A stretch of DNA of 64,000 bases, taken from positions 1,344,001 to 1,408,000 of the forward strand of contig CAVSTP010000004.1 in the NCBI GenBank assembly GCA_963730935.1, given 5' to 3'. This DNA is from an uncultured Nitrospiraceae bacterium. GTDB lineage: Bacteria; Nitrospirota; Nitrospiria; Nitrospirales; Nitrospiraceae. Of the stretch, positions 10,230-22,100 are shown piece after piece (position 1 is the first letter of the stretch; every line of letters starts with the position of its first letter). A program made the translations under genes and the position numbers. The notes under the pieces are model-generated. The model searched no databases. It saw only the letters and a list, made by a program, of their open reading frames with translations, and was not told where the DNA came from.

Positions 10230-13028
10230 GTGCCCCACCCTACTGTAACGCCACCGCCCTCAGACACCCTCCTCGTGGAGGGGGCTAGGCAAAACAATCT
10301 GAAAAATATCTCTCTGGGCATCCCGCATAACAAAGTTACGGCGGTCACCGGCCTGTCGGGATCGGGGAAATCCTCCTTCGCCTTCGATACGCTCTTTGCC
10401 GAGGGTCAATGGCGGTACGTCGAGTCCCTCTCGACCTACGCCCGCATGTTTCTCGACAAGGTCGCGCGGCCGGACGTAGATCGGATTCTCAACGTCCGGC
10501 CGGCCATTGCCATCGAGCAAAAGAACCAGGTCAGGACGGCGCGTTCGACCGTGGGCACCGCGACAGAAATCGCCGACTTGCTGCGGCTGCTATTCGCCAA
10601 ACTTGGCAGACCGATCTGCCCCGACTGTCATGAAGAGGCCCGGGCATTTCACCCCGATACCGTCGCCTCCGACTTGCTCGAACGCTATTCCGACGCCAGA
10701 GCCATGCTCCTGTTTCCCGTGCCCTCTCCACCGGCTAAGGGCGAGCCGGCCCTTGTCCAGTCGCTCCTGACCAGAGGGTTCACCAAAGTCAGACTCGGGG
10801 AGGAGACCGTCGATCTCCACGAGGCCACAGTTCCTGCACTCCATCGTCAGCCTTCCTTCTATGTTGTCCTCGACCGCCTAGTCATTCGGGAAGACAATCG
10901 GTCGCGTCTCTGCGAAGCGATCGAGACGGCGTTCCGCGAAGGCGACGGCCGCTGCGCGGTGGACGTGATCGGCCAGGGATTGCAGACCTATCATTCAGGT
11001 TTTCGCTGCCAACGCTGTGGACGCACATTCGAACCGCTTCGTCCCGTACTGTTTTCGTTCAACCATCCGCTGGGCGCCTGCCCGGAATGCAAAGGCTTCG
11101 GCAACGTTCTGCGCTATGACCCGGCGCTCGTGATTCCCGACCAGAATAAGTCGCTCGTCCAGGGCGCCATCGAGCCATGGAGCAAGCCGGGCACGGACTG
11201 GTGGCAGAAACAGATGCTCCTCGCCATGAAGCGGAAAGGCGTGGACCTGACCGTTCCCTACAGACTTCTTGAGAAGAGCACGCAGCGACTGCTGTGGGAG
11301 GGCGACAAGACGTTCGACGGGATCAATGATTTTTTTGAATATCTCGAAGGTAAGCGCTACAAGCTCCATGTCCGCGTCCTCCTCAGCCGCTACCGTACGC
11401 CGTTCGAGTGCCCAAGCTGCCGGGGCAGCCGGCTGAAGCCCGATGCCGGTTTTGTGAAGGTCGCCGGCGCCGATATCCAGCAGGTGACGGCGATGACGAT
11501 CGAAGGCGCGATGGCGTGGCTCACGTCTCTGGCCTTGAGCCCCTACGAATATGCGGTTGGGGCGGACCTGTTGGTACAGCTCAAGGCCAAGCTCGGCTTT
11601 CTTCTACGGGTTGGCCTCGGCTATCTCACGCTCGGCCGTCAGACCAAGACGCTGTCGGGCGGGGAAGCGCAGCGCGTGTCCTTGGCGAATCAGTTGGGCG
11701 CTCGACTGGTCGGAACGCTGTATGTGTTGGACGAACCGACAATAGGCCTTCATCCCAGGGACACCGAACTCTTGGCTGGGATCTTGAAAGACCTGGCGGC
11801 CGCAGGAAACACCGTCGTCGTGGTCGAACACGATCGCCATATGATTGAGTCAGCCGACTATATCGTCGAACTCGGACCGCAATCCGGAGAAAAAGGCGGG
11901 GAGGTCGTGTGCGCTGCGCCAGCTGCAGACTTCGTGCAAGACCGCCGTGCGATTACCGCACGCTACTTGAGAGAGGAAGAGCAGATTCCGGTGCCTCGCT
12001 CCCGGCGCTCGGGCTCGGGAAAATTCCTCGTGATCGCCGGCGCCACGGAGCACAACTTGAAGGACTTGGTCGTGCGGTTTCCTCTGGGCATGCTGATTTG
12101 CGTCACGGGCGTGTCCGGATCCGGCAAGAGCACGCTTGTGGAAGACACGCTGTACGCCGCGCTCGCCCGGGCATTTCGCGTCGAGACCCTGCCCATGGGC
12201 CGCTTTACCGCCATCAAGGGAATCGAACATGTGAAGGGCGTCCGCTTGATTGATCAGCAACCCATCGGGCGGACACCCCGATCCAATCCGGTCACATACC
12301 TCAAAGTCTTTGACGAGATCAGACAGCTGTTTGCCGCAGAGCGGGAAGCCTTGCGGCAAGGATTCACGCCGAGCTATTTTTCGTTCAACGCCGAAGGCGG
12401 CCGATGTGAGCGTTGTGAAGGGGCCGGCGTCGAAAAACTTGAGATGTACTTTTTTGAAGATATGTATGCACCCTGCGAGCGCTGCGAAGGCCAACGGTTT
12501 AAGCCGGAGATCCTCGCGATTCGCCACCGCGGCAAGACGATCGCTGAGGTGCTGAACATGACGGTCGATGACGCACGTGCCTTTTTTTCTGGGACGCCGA
12601 GGCTCCAAGAGCGGCTGCATTTGCTGTCCTCTATCGGTCTTGGCTATTTGCGCCTCGGGCAATCCGCAACGACATTGTCCGGCGGCGAAGCCCAACGGCT
12701 CAAGATCGCGGCAGAGCTCAAGGACTCGAGCGCGAAGGATCTTCTATACATCATGGATGAGCCGACGACCGGGTTGCACATGGATGACGTGAACAAATTG
12801 CTGGCCGTGCTGCACAAACTGGTGAACGCGGGCAACACCCTCGTTGTCGTAGAGCACAATCTCGACGTGATCAAGTCGGCCGACTGGGTGATCGATTTAG
12901 GACCGGAAGGAGGAGATGCCGGAGGCCACCTCGTCGCCGAGGGCCGTCCGGAACAAGTGATGAAGAACCCTGCGTCCGTGACAGGCCGGTGTTTAGCGCG
13001 CCTCCTGACCGAGACAGGCGTCCACTAG
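10230..13028 (+). CDS. uvrA: Excinuclease ABC subunit A
   Basis: Two Walker A motifs (GLSGSGKS, GVSGSGKS), two LSGGEAQR, Zn-finger Cys pairs; GTG start after AAGGA preferred over ATG 10197. Confidence 0.95.
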   Translation: MPHPTVTPPPSDTLLVEGARQNNLKNISLGIPHNKVTAVTGLSGSGKSSFAFDTLFAEGQWRYVESLSTYARMFLDKVARPDVDRILNVRPAIAIEQKNQVRTARSTVGTATEIADLLRLLFAKLGRPICPDCHEEARAFHPDTVASDLLERYSDARAMLLFPVPSPPAKGEPALVQSLLTRGFTKVRLGEETVDLHEATVPALHRQPSFYVVLDRLVIREDNRSRLCEAIETAFREGDGRCAVDVIGQGLQTYHSGFRCQRCGRTFEPLRPVLFSFNHPLGACPECKGFGNVLRYDPALVIPDQNKSLVQGAIEPWSKPGTDWWQKQMLLAMKRKGVDLTVPYRLLEKSTQRLLWEGDKTFDGINDFFEYLEGKRYKLHVRVLLSRYRTPFECPSCRGSRLKPDAGFVKVAGADIQQVTAMTIEGAMAWLTSLALSPYEYAVGADLLVQLKAKLGFLLRVGLGYLTLGRQTKTLSGGEAQRVSLANQLGARLVGTLYVLDEPTIGLHPRDTELLAGILKDLAAAGNTVVVVEHDRHMIESADYIVELGPQSGEKGGEVVCAAPAADFVQDRRAITARYLREEEQIPVPRSRRSGSGKFLVIAGATEHNLKDLVVRFPLGMLICVTGVSGSGKSTLVEDTLYAALARAFRVETLPMGRFTAIKGIEHVKGVRLIDQQPIGRTPRSNPVTYLKVFDEIRQLFAAEREALRQGFTPSYFSFNAEGGRCERCEGAGVEKLEMYFFEDMYAPCERCEGQRFKPEILAIRHRGKTIAEVLNMTVDDARAFFSGTPRLQERLHLLSSIGLGYLRLGQSATTLSGGEAQRLKIAAELKDSSAKDLLYIMDEPTTGLHMDDVNKLLAVLHKLVNAGNTLVVVEHNLDVIKSADWVIDLGPEGGDAGGHLVAEGRPEQVMKNPASVTGRCLARLLTETGVH

Positions 13029-14396
13029 CTAGCTCTCAGTTGGCCTAGACTGTCTGGACGGACGTTCTCCCGACAGTTTCTTGTGCAGGTATTTCTTGCT
13101 GAAGGTGGTAATGGCGAAGGCAAGCCCGATGGCAATCGGCACAAAAATCGCCGACACGAGATTGGCGTTACTCAGCCACCCTATTTCCTGAAAGCCCTTG
13201 AAGAGATAGCCGCCTAAACCTGCCACGTAGTAGGCGATCACGATCACGGACAGTCCTTCGACGGTATGTTGCAGGAGCACCTGGCTCTTGGTGGTCTTGT
13301 CGACGCTCTGCAGAAGCGCAAGATTTTGTCCCTCCAAGATCAAATCGACCCTCGCACGAATGATCGAAATGATGCCCTCGAAGCCGGCCCGAAGAGTATC
13401 GATGCGCCTTAACAGTTGTTGATAGCCCTCCGCGACACCCGTAACCCCGCTGAGCACGTAATCGGAGACCGGCCGGTAGGCGTCGAGCGGCTTCTCGTTC
13501 AAGGAGCCCAGGGTCGTGTGCACGATCTTGTCATACGGGACGGAGGCCGACAGTTCAAAATGCAGTTTCCCCGCGATCCGGTTGGTTCTCAACAGATCCT
13601 GCGTGAGACTGTTGAGCCAGCGCTGCAGTGTCTGCGAATCGGCATGGGCGATGTGCCCGCTGATGATCTCGCGCTGTTTGAGGTGTACCTGCTCGAATTT
13701 GTGGACCTGATCGATCGCCGTCGAGAACAACGGTTTCTGCATCAGGAGGAGATGATAGTAGGTCTCGATCCGCACGATGGCATCGACAATTTCCTTCAAA
13801 CGCGACGCCTGCACATGCGTGGGACCAAGGGCAACCCAGTATCGCTCGCGGTCGAACTCGTCTGGGGTAAAGCTGGTCACCAGGCTCGTCTGCTCATCGA
13901 GAATGCGGCTGCCGTAGAGCACGGGGCCCGGGAGCATGGACTGCATCTGCTCGCGAGTCGGCAGTGGTTCGGACGAAAGCAGGATATCCAGCCGGCACAC
14001 TTCCGTCCCAAGCGGCTGAAGAGGGAACTTGTAGTTCGGAAAGGTCAACGGGCCGAACGCAACCGCGGAATTGGGCAAATACCAGATCTGGTAATTATAG
14101 TATTCTGTATGTGCCTGCCAGATGAGGAGCAGTCGCTCGCCGTTGTCGGTTTCCTTAACCCCGTAGCCGAAAGTTTCACGCAGCATAATGCTGTCCTGCG
14201 GCACGCTGAGCGCCGTCAGGCAGGATTGAAACTCTTCCCGGCTCAACCTGCGCTGCGCCGGCGGGTCCGCCATGCGGAAGGCTTTGTAATGCACGTGGGC
14301 GGGCGCCCGAAGCCAATCGGCGAGCGGCACGTGCGGACGATCATGCAGGTTCTTGATCAAGGCATCGGCTCCCGACTGCCGCGGATTCTGACTCAT
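13029..14396 (-). CDS. DUF3422-family membrane-anchored protein
   Basis: LHDRP, WQAHTEY, IETY, LQHTVEGLSV and two C-terminal TMs. Confidence 0.8.
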   Translation of the reverse strand: MSQNPRQSGADALIKNLHDRPHVPLADWLRAPAHVHYKAFRMADPPAQRRLSREEFQSCLTALSVPQDSIMLRETFGYGVKETDNGERLLLIWQAHTEYYNYQIWYLPNSAVAFGPLTFPNYKFPLQPLGTEVCRLDILLSSEPLPTREQMQSMLPGPVLYGSRILDEQTSLVTSFTPDEFDRERYWVALGPTHVQASRLKEIVDAIVRIETYYHLLLMQKPLFSTAIDQVHKFEQVHLKQREIISGHIAHADSQTLQRWLNSLTQDLLRTNRIAGKLHFELSASVPYDKIVHTTLGSLNEKPLDAYRPVSDYVLSGVTGVAEGYQQLLRRIDTLRAGFEGIISIIRARVDLILEGQNLALLQSVDKTTKSQVLLQHTVEGLSVIVIAYYVAGLGGYLFKGFQEIGWLSNANLVSAIFVPIAIGLAFAITTFSKKYLHKKLSGERPSRQSRPTES

Positions 14397-14419
14397 GCGC
14401 TCTATCCTTCCATCGTTGA

Positions 14420-15679
14420 CTACAAGCCCGGCCGCCTCTCCGCTGTCACGAACAACTCCATCGGGCTGTTGGCACGCCGGACTTGAAGCTGCAGCGTTTC
14501 TCCTGCTTCCACCCGGCAAAGCCGCTTGGCATCTCGGTCCGTCCTTGCCGCGTCCAACGAGACGCCGTTGCAGGCCAGAATGCGGTCGCCGACTTTGAGT
14601 CCGGCCTTCTCGGCGGGAAGCCCGCTGCGAAGCTCGCGGACCATGTAGAACCGTGTCCCCTGCTCTTCCAGCAAATCCCAGTTGACCCCGATACGTCCGG
14701 ACCCCAGCAGACCGGTCTGCGACCCGAAGCGGGCAAGGATGCGATGCACGATCAGATGCGCCGAGCCCTCGGGATCATCGGTGGTAAAGTCGGCCAGGTG
14801 GCCCTCACCGTTGAAGAGCAACTGTCCGGTTTCGACGTCGATCATCCGCAAGGACAGGGACACCTTGTTGCTGCGGCTCTGCTCTTGACGCTCCCATTGC
14901 TGCACATCGCCGACAATGATGGCCTGTGCGCCGACGAGTTTTCCCACTTTGAGCACGTTCGCGTCGTCTGCATGCGTCAATTGAATGACCTGTTCTTTGA
15001 GAACTTCGTCGAGCTTGGCACGCTCCACCATATTGATGTCGAGGTCCAGCAACAGCGTGGTCACGATCCCGGCCACACGTGAGCCGGAACCGGGCGCGCC
15101 GGGCGCATCTTCCAATAACATCACCGCCATCGTCTTGTAGCGGTCGATGCTGTCCCGGTTGATCGGTCCCAGTCCAGTCACCACCGGTTCGGGGCGTCCC
15201 GTGGTCCCCGACATGCGGCCGGGCTGATAGCCGACCGTTTCGCAGGCTCTGCGCCGTTGCAGGATCGCGGCCGGAGTACCCCACGCACACAGCTCGTCAT
15301 TGATGAGCACCACATGATGCGGATACTCGCGCTGATGCTCCATGGCCACGTTGGTGAAGGGATAGATGATGCACCCGCCGACCCAGACGGAGATTGGACA
15401 GAGTCCTAGTTCGTAGAGCCATTGTCTGCGCGCCGTCAGAGAATATTCCCACACCAATATGCGGCCGTCATCCCGGAGGACTCGATCTGGCCCGCCGATC
15501 TCCTCAACGACCTCTGCTTTGGTCATCGGCACGGCAAGCTTGTCGAACTTCGACTCAGACTTGATGATCGTATAGGCAACGCCGCAGCCGGTGAACAGCG
15601 CAGGAATGAGAATGAGAAGAGCAACAGTGAGGGGGGAGAACGCACAACCAAACGAGAACTCATCGGATGGCTCGATCAT
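14420..15679 (-). CDS. Lipoprotein with CsgG/HfaB-like and C-terminal PDZ domains
   Basis: Lipobox LFTGC; VERAKLDEVLKEQ and LRMIDVETG (CsgG-like); PAEKAGLKVGDRI (PDZ). Confidence 0.75.
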   Translation of the reverse strand: MIEPSDEFSFGCAFSPLTVALLILIPALFTGCGVAYTIIKSESKFDKLAVPMTKAEVVEEIGGPDRVLRDDGRILVWEYSLTARRQWLYELGLCPISVWVGGCIIYPFTNVAMEHQREYPHHVVLINDELCAWGTPAAILQRRRACETVGYQPGRMSGTTGRPEPVVTGLGPINRDSIDRYKTMAVMLLEDAPGAPGSGSRVAGIVTTLLLDLDINMVERAKLDEVLKEQVIQLTHADDANVLKVGKLVGAQAIIVGDVQQWERQEQSRSNKVSLSLRMIDVETGQLLFNGEGHLADFTTDDPEGSAHLIVHRILARFGSQTGLLGSGRIGVNWDLLEEQGTRFYMVRELRSGLPAEKAGLKVGDRILACNGVSLDAARTDRDAKRLCRVEAGETLQLQVRRANSPMELFVTAERRPGL

Positions 15680-15738
15680 CGCGTGGAGGGTAACACCCAA
15701 GCGCCGGAGTCGCAAGCAATGCACGAGGGGTCGAGGAG

Positions 15739-16311
15739 TTAGTTGAGGGAGGGATCGAATGGCATATCTGCATACAAGCGGAATTCTTCGCCTAACGCAC
15801 TGACAATCTCGGACCACACGCGTGTCGGGTCCATTTCAAACACCATCGCCGGATCGGCAGGGACCGTGATCCACGATCCGATCCTCATTTCCGATTCCAA
15901 TTGACCTGGCCCCCAGCCCGAGTAGCCGACATAGGCGCGAAAGGCCTCTTTTCCTTGGCTGGTCGTCAGAATTTTATCGACCAGTTCCATGTCTCCACCT
16001 AAGCACACGCCGTCGAAGACGTGGTGGGAGTTGTCCGGCAACTGATCCAACCGATAGAGCAGCATCACTTGATTCGGCTGTACCGGCCCACCCGTGAACA
16101 ACACATGGCGCTGACCCTCCAAGACCGGCACCTGCGGCAGCGCTTCAGACACAGACATCGCCGTCGGGCGATTGACCACCACGCCGAGCGCGCCTTCCGC
16201 GCCATGTTCACAGAGTAACACGACAGTCTGTCTGAAATTGGGATCTCGCAGATTGGGGGCGGCGACGAGGAAGATGCCTTTCCCGAGCTGAGCCTTCAAG
16301 GGAATCTGCAT
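15739..16311 (-). CDS. yqgE: YqgE/AlgH (UPF0301) family protein
   Basis: DPNFRQTVV, GVVVNRP, GGPV, GYSGWGPGQLESE. Confidence 0.9.
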   Translation of the reverse strand: MQIPLKAQLGKGIFLVAAPNLRDPNFRQTVVLLCEHGAEGALGVVVNRPTAMSVSEALPQVPVLEGQRHVLFTGGPVQPNQVMLLYRLDQLPDNSHHVFDGVCLGGDMELVDKILTTSQGKEAFRAYVGYSGWGPGQLESEMRIGSWITVPADPAMVFEMDPTRVWSEIVSALGEEFRLYADMPFDPSLN

Positions 16312-16377
16312 GGAATTATCCTATCCTGCCGGTGCTCCACACGCAAGACAGGAAAACAACCACGACGCGGCGGCTTG

Positions 16378-17166
16378 TCACGTATACAAGGATTCGCGGC
16401 GGTCTCTCAGCAGATCATTATAGGGAGTGACAGACTTGTTGCGTGCCTCGGCAGGATCGATTTCCACCACACACAGCGCTTCCACATCGCGCGGCGCCCG
16501 CTGAAGGATGGCGCCATGGGGGCTGACGATTTCGCTGCTGCCGATGTACGTGAGCCGGTCCTTCCCGTGGCGCGCCTCGCTGCCCGTCCGATTACAGGTC
16601 ACAGCAAAAACCCGATTTTCGAGACAGCGCACCGGCATGGAATCGGGACAGTTCGGCAGCACAAGATTCGAGGGATGACAAATGATGTCAGCGCCTTTCA
16701 GCGCCAGGGTTCTGGCCGCCTCTGGATAATACCAGTCGAAACAGATCATGACCCCGATCTTGGCAGGTCCGATGTCCCACACTTGAAATCCGGTGTCGCC
16801 GGGAGTGAAAAACAGCGTTTCCTCGAAAAAGAGATGCGTCTTCCGATAACACCCGATGAAGCCTTGCGGACCGACAGCCACGGCGGAGTTGTAGTAGGCG
16901 GTCCCCGCCTGCTCCGGCAGACCGGCGACGATCACCATCTGTCTGTGCTTGGCGAGATCGAGCAACCGCTTCGTCGTGCGCCCGGAGGGAACCGGCTCGG
17001 CTAAGCCGCGTACTTCGTCGGTCGACACGAATTGATATCCCGATGCGCAGAGTTCAGGCAGAACCAGAAGATCGGCTTCGGCCGTTTCGAGCGCGGCCGC
17101 AACGCGGTCGAGATTCTCGACCACTTTCCCAAACTCCGGATTGTTTTGGTAGTACCCGACTCGCAT
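16378..17166 (-). CDS. Carbon-nitrogen hydrolase (nitrilase superfamily)
   Basis: LPE, YRKTHL, ICFDW (Glu-Lys-Cys triad). Confidence 0.9.
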   Translation of the reverse strand: MRVGYYQNNPEFGKVVENLDRVAAALETAEADLLVLPELCASGYQFVSTDEVRGLAEPVPSGRTTKRLLDLAKHRQMVIVAGLPEQAGTAYYNSAVAVGPQGFIGCYRKTHLFFEETLFFTPGDTGFQVWDIGPAKIGVMICFDWYYPEAARTLALKGADIICHPSNLVLPNCPDSMPVRCLENRVFAVTCNRTGSEARHGKDRLTYIGSSEIVSPHGAILQRAPRDVEALCVVEIDPAEARNKSVTPYNDLLRDRRESLYT

Positions 17167-17273
17167 AAAGACCAGGGTCGCAGTGTGAGGTGAGAGGCTC
17201 TCGCACCAAACACAAAGGGCAAGAGGCACGGGCTCAGAACAGCCCCTCACCCCTTGCCCTTCGCCGTGAAACC

Positions 17274-17609
17274 TTACTTGACTTCGGAAAGGTGCATGAC
17301 GGCGGCTTCCGCATGTTGCGTGGCCACGTCGGCATGACCGGCCTTGCCGTGGGTAACGGCTTCCTTCAATTCCTTGATGCCCTCATCCAGATGAGGATTC
17401 TTCACGCCGGCAGCCTGCGCATGTTTCAGCGCCTCTTCCGCATGCTGCGCCACCGCATCGGCATGGCCCTGCTTGCCGTGATTCACCGCGCCCTTGGCAT
17501 GTTCAACAGCTTCACTCACGTGTTTGTTGTCAGCCTGGGCGACTACCGGCAGCGCCAGCAGTGCGACCGCCGCCAATGCCGCTGCTCCACGTCGGATGGT
17601 CATCGTCAT
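17274..17609 (-). CDS. smbP: Small periplasmic metal-binding protein SmbP
   Basis: Signal peptide; duplicated His-rich repeat A..HGK.GHAD.A.QHAE.A..H. Confidence 0.85.
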   Translation of the reverse strand: MTMTIRRGAAALAAVALLALPVVAQADNKHVSEAVEHAKGAVNHGKQGHADAVAQHAEEALKHAQAAGVKNPHLDEGIKELKEAVTHGKAGHADVATQHAEAAVMHLSEVK

Positions 17610-17700
17610 GGGATCCTCCTCATGGGTTTGAGTGCACGTCGGACAAATGGAATAGAAATCGTAACTAGACGAATCACCTTACACAGCCGTTTTTTGAGTG

Positions 17701-18579
17701 TCAAGAAGGCCGAGCCGGCGCCTCGATGCCCAACACCTTTTGCAGGCCTTGAAAATCTTTTTCAACAGGGCAAGCAAAATCACGGCTCCATTCCCACCAG
17801 GAGCCCGGATAGTTTCGGACCTTCTGATATCCCGCAAGCTTCAACACAAAATACAGCCATGACGACCGGACGCCTCCCGTACAGTAGCATACGATATCGT
17901 GATCCGGCTCCAATCCTTTTTCTTCCAGGGCGGACCTGATCGCGGCAAGATCCTTAACGGTCGCGTCCGTGTTCAAAAATCCGTTCCACGATACATGAAT
18001 CGCGGAGGGAATATGTCCCGGTCGCGGAATGCCCGAGACTTCCTTTCCCAGGTACTCTTCAAGACTTCTGGCGTCGAGAACCTTCGTGCCGGCCTGAGCA
18101 TGCTTGAGCAGCGCACGCAGCTCGTCCTTCGCGATGATGGTGTGGCCGGCCGGCCTGATCATGAAATTTCCTGGTTTTGGCGTCACACGTCCATACTCAA
18201 ACGGCCGCTGCTCCGCGATCCATTTGACCCAGCCGCCGTCAAGAACGCGCATCTTCGTGTGGCCGAAATATTCGAGCATCCAGTACATCCGCCCTTCGTC
18301 TCCCCAATTATCGAAGGGATTGGAATAGATGACGACCTCGCTGTCCTGATTGAGGCCGAGCGCCCGCATTTTCTGCTCCATGCGGTTCATGTCGGGGTCC
18401 AACAACCCCTTGGCCACCGCCTTGGGATCGCTATATTGGTGCCAGGTCGTGTGCACGGCGCCGGGAATGTGTCCGCCGTATTCATAGGCGGCATCCCCGC
18501 GCACGTCGATGACGACGAGTCCAGGCTTCCCCAATTGCTTCTGCAACGTGTCGGTGTCAATGAGTGACGGATGGTTCAT
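17701..18579 (-). CDS. Tandem-rhodanese sulfurtransferase
   Basis: GHIPGA, LDGG, active-site YCTGGVRS, YPGSWWEW. Confidence 0.9.
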   Translation of the reverse strand: MNHPSLIDTDTLQKQLGKPGLVVIDVRGDAAYEYGGHIPGAVHTTWHQYSDPKAVAKGLLDPDMNRMEQKMRALGLNQDSEVVIYSNPFDNWGDEGRMYWMLEYFGHTKMRVLDGGWVKWIAEQRPFEYGRVTPKPGNFMIRPAGHTIIAKDELRALLKHAQAGTKVLDARSLEEYLGKEVSGIPRPGHIPSAIHVSWNGFLNTDATVKDLAAIRSALEEKGLEPDHDIVCYCTGGVRSSWLYFVLKLAGYQKVRNYPGSWWEWSRDFACPVEKDFQGLQKVLGIEAPARPS

Positions 18580-18588
18580 GAATCTCCT

Positions 18589-19889
18589 TCAACCAGGCCT
18601 GACTTTCGGACTCTGTGATTCCACCGGACAGTTCCCCCCCTCTTGGGGCGACGCCGTAACAGGAAACTGATCGCTGTCCGCCAACGCCGTTTTCAACTGC
18701 TCCGACAGCGGGAACTCCCGCTCGTATACGAGGAACCGGTACGGGTCATTGCCCATCAGGCCGTACTTGTGTTGCAGTATCTCGTGCTGCTTATCGGTCA
18801 CAATGTGGTACTGCACGCGCGTCTTGACTTTCAAGCCCTCAGCCTTCTCGGGCAACCGATAGGTGAACTCATGTTCCCGGCTGGCCAAGGGCAGAAGGCG
18901 ATTATCATACAACTCCAGAATGGCCGGCTGCCACATGATCCAACGTCCCATGGTCGACTTCTGCTCCGCCAGAACCCGTCCCTGTGAATCCTCCACCACA
19001 AACTCGACGGTGAAGAAACGGTCGGGGTCGCCGGTCGGAATCTTGTGTCCGGCGCCGGCATTGACCAGGGTCAGCGTGAAGGACACACGATCCCCCGGCT
19101 TCGGCGACGTCGTATCCGCCTTGACCTGTATGGCCACCGCCCGCTTGACCATCTCCGGATCGTGCCCGCCCCGCCAAAGGTGCTGCCGACCCCGCCGGAT
19201 CGGACTGTTCGTGGCGACGGGCCGGTCGATTTCCGGCATATGGCAGCTCTGACAAATAAAGCCCCGCTGCTGCATGAAAAACTTCCCTTCATACTCGGCA
19301 TACGTGCCGCAGGGACCTACGCGATAGAACTGCGCCGGCCCGGAGACGACATTGTGGCAACGGTAGCAAACCTGCGTCGTCCGGAAATTTGGGTCGAATT
19401 TCGTGGGATGCGGCGCGGCGGAATCTTCGAATGGGCCGTAGATGATCCCGTCTCGGACGTGGCACGCGACGCAGGTAACCGATTCCTTTTGATACTCGGG
19501 ATCGTAGTTTGGATTCGGCGCCTGCACCGCTTTCTCGACGCGGCCGCGCGGAATGTCCTTGATGACCGTCGGTTGTTGGTTTTCCAGCGGCGTATGGCAG
19601 TTCAAACAGACCCAGATACGCTTGTCTTTGTTCCAGTACGCTTGGAAATACGGATCCTCATAGGCGCGGGCATGAATACTGGACTTCCATTCTTCATAGA
19701 TTTCCCGGTGGCACTGACCGCAAGACTCGGCCTTGAGGCTCGTCAGACCCTCAGGAATCTTCTGGAATGGAATGGCATGCGCATAATCCGAGCGAAGGCC
19801 GAAGATCACGACCGGCTTGATTTCGGTGTAATAGAGGTAGACGGCGCCCACCAGCGCCAAGAAAGCCACCGCAATGGTGCGCCAGCGCG

Positions 19890-19893
<4 letters not shown>
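18589..19893 (-). CDS. Membrane-anchored pentaheme c-type cytochrome
   Basis: N-terminal TM; five CxxCH (CGQCH, CLNCH, CVACH, CYRCH, CQSCH); GAGHKIPTGD. Confidence 0.9.
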
Positions 19894-20834
<941 letters not shown>

Positions 20835-20913
20835 CCGTGGGATCGTAGCACGCAGGAATCGGCGTAGACAACGCGCGTTCGGCGCTGCTATCGTCTAGCG
20901 TCGGAGGAGTTCT

Positions 20914-21225
20914 ATGCCGAACCCGAGAATCGAACCGCTCAAGAAAGTCCTGGCGATCGATCCGAACGACGAAGTGGCATGGTTCGGATTAGGCAAAGCC
21001 TACATGGAAGACGCAAACTTTGAGGAAGCCGCCACTGCGCTGCGTCAATGCATTACGGTGAAACCCGCGTACTCAGCCGCCTATTACGCGTTGGCGCAAT
21101 CGCTCAAAACATTAAACCGCCTCGACGAATGTCGGGTCGTCTGTGCCGCGGGGATCGACGTCTCAACCAAGAACGGCGATGCCATGGTGACGAAAAATCT
21201 CGAAGTGCTGAAAGGCACTCTCTAG
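20914..21225 (+). CDS. TPR-repeat protein
   Basis: TPR patterns AWFGLGKAY and AYYALAQ; GGAGGAG RBS. Confidence 0.85.
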   Translation: MPNPRIEPLKKVLAIDPNDEVAWFGLGKAYMEDANFEEAATALRQCITVKPAYSAAYYALAQSLKTLNRLDECRVVCAAGIDVSTKNGDAMVTKNLEVLKGTL

Positions 21226-22067
21226 AGCAGGTGACAGAAGGCGTCCTGCTGGCGTTCACTCAGATGAGCACTGGCGGCGGGATTCTTGATTAACATCCGC
21301 ACACGCGGATGCCCCCGCTGGCGCGTGCTTCGTTCGACCATCTCCACATTGGCTAATCTCGTACCGGCCTTCGCAGGCATCGGCACCACATCCCAGAACG
21401 AAATCAGGACGGCACTTACCGCGCGCAGTTTCGTGAGCAGGACCGTCACGGCTCCCGCCAGGGACTTGAGGTCGAGCCAAATGCCTTCCGATCGTGAAGT
21501 GCGTTCACCCCGCAGGTCGGCCCGCGGGATCGAGATACACAGGACCACGGGAGAGGAATAATCGGCCAGTTGTTTGGCCTTTTGTTGAATGCGAGCGAGG
21601 ATGCGATGCATCAAAATTACCCCGCGGTCTGTTTCATCGACTCCTTCCTCATCGGGCAGTAGGCCGCGCAACGGAAGCCGCTGACGCTCGGCGGACCCGA
21701 CCATGGCGGTGATCTCGACGAGGAAACGTTCGCGGCCCAGACGGCACTCGAGATCTGCCGTCCGCGCCTGAGATTCAGGCAGGAAGGTGACTCTGGCGCC
21801 GACTCGAATCAGCTGCACGGCCAGTTCAAGTTCGGCGAGTGCGGACTCGCGCACGCCATAGTCATAGTGAGTGATGCGCCGCAAGAGACGGGCAAGCCGC
21901 AGCTGACTCGATTGATCCGCGCAGTGCTGGCGGAGCGTCGTCCACCGATCCTCTAGATCCGGCGAAAGACCGAACTCCTCCCGCTTCCACGCCGGGATAG
22001 GCTCGCGATGCCCGTCATGCAGATGAGTTACGAGGCGGAATGTCCTTCGAGGACGAAAGCGCGGCAT
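21222..22067 (-). CDS. Hypothetical protein, possibly degenerate PD-(D/E)XK fold
   Basis: 281-aa ORF with RTADLEC...FLVEIT pattern. Confidence 0.6.
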   Translation of the reverse strand: MPRFRPRRTFRLVTHLHDGHREPIPAWKREEFGLSPDLEDRWTTLRQHCADQSSQLRLARLLRRITHYDYGVRESALAELELAVQLIRVGARVTFLPESQARTADLECRLGRERFLVEITAMVGSAERQRLPLRGLLPDEEGVDETDRGVILMHRILARIQQKAKQLADYSSPVVLCISIPRADLRGERTSRSEGIWLDLKSLAGAVTVLLTKLRAVSAVLISFWDVVPMPAKAGTRLANVEMVERSTRQRGHPRVRMLIKNPAASAHLSERQQDAFCHLL

Positions 22068-22100
22068 TGCTACACTCGAGAGGTTGGTAATGGTGACGAT

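Noticed and set aside
17215..17261. AAGGGCAAGAGG/CCCCTTGCCCTT inverted repeat after smbP
   Set aside because: Single copy here, best explained as an ordinary 3' hairpin
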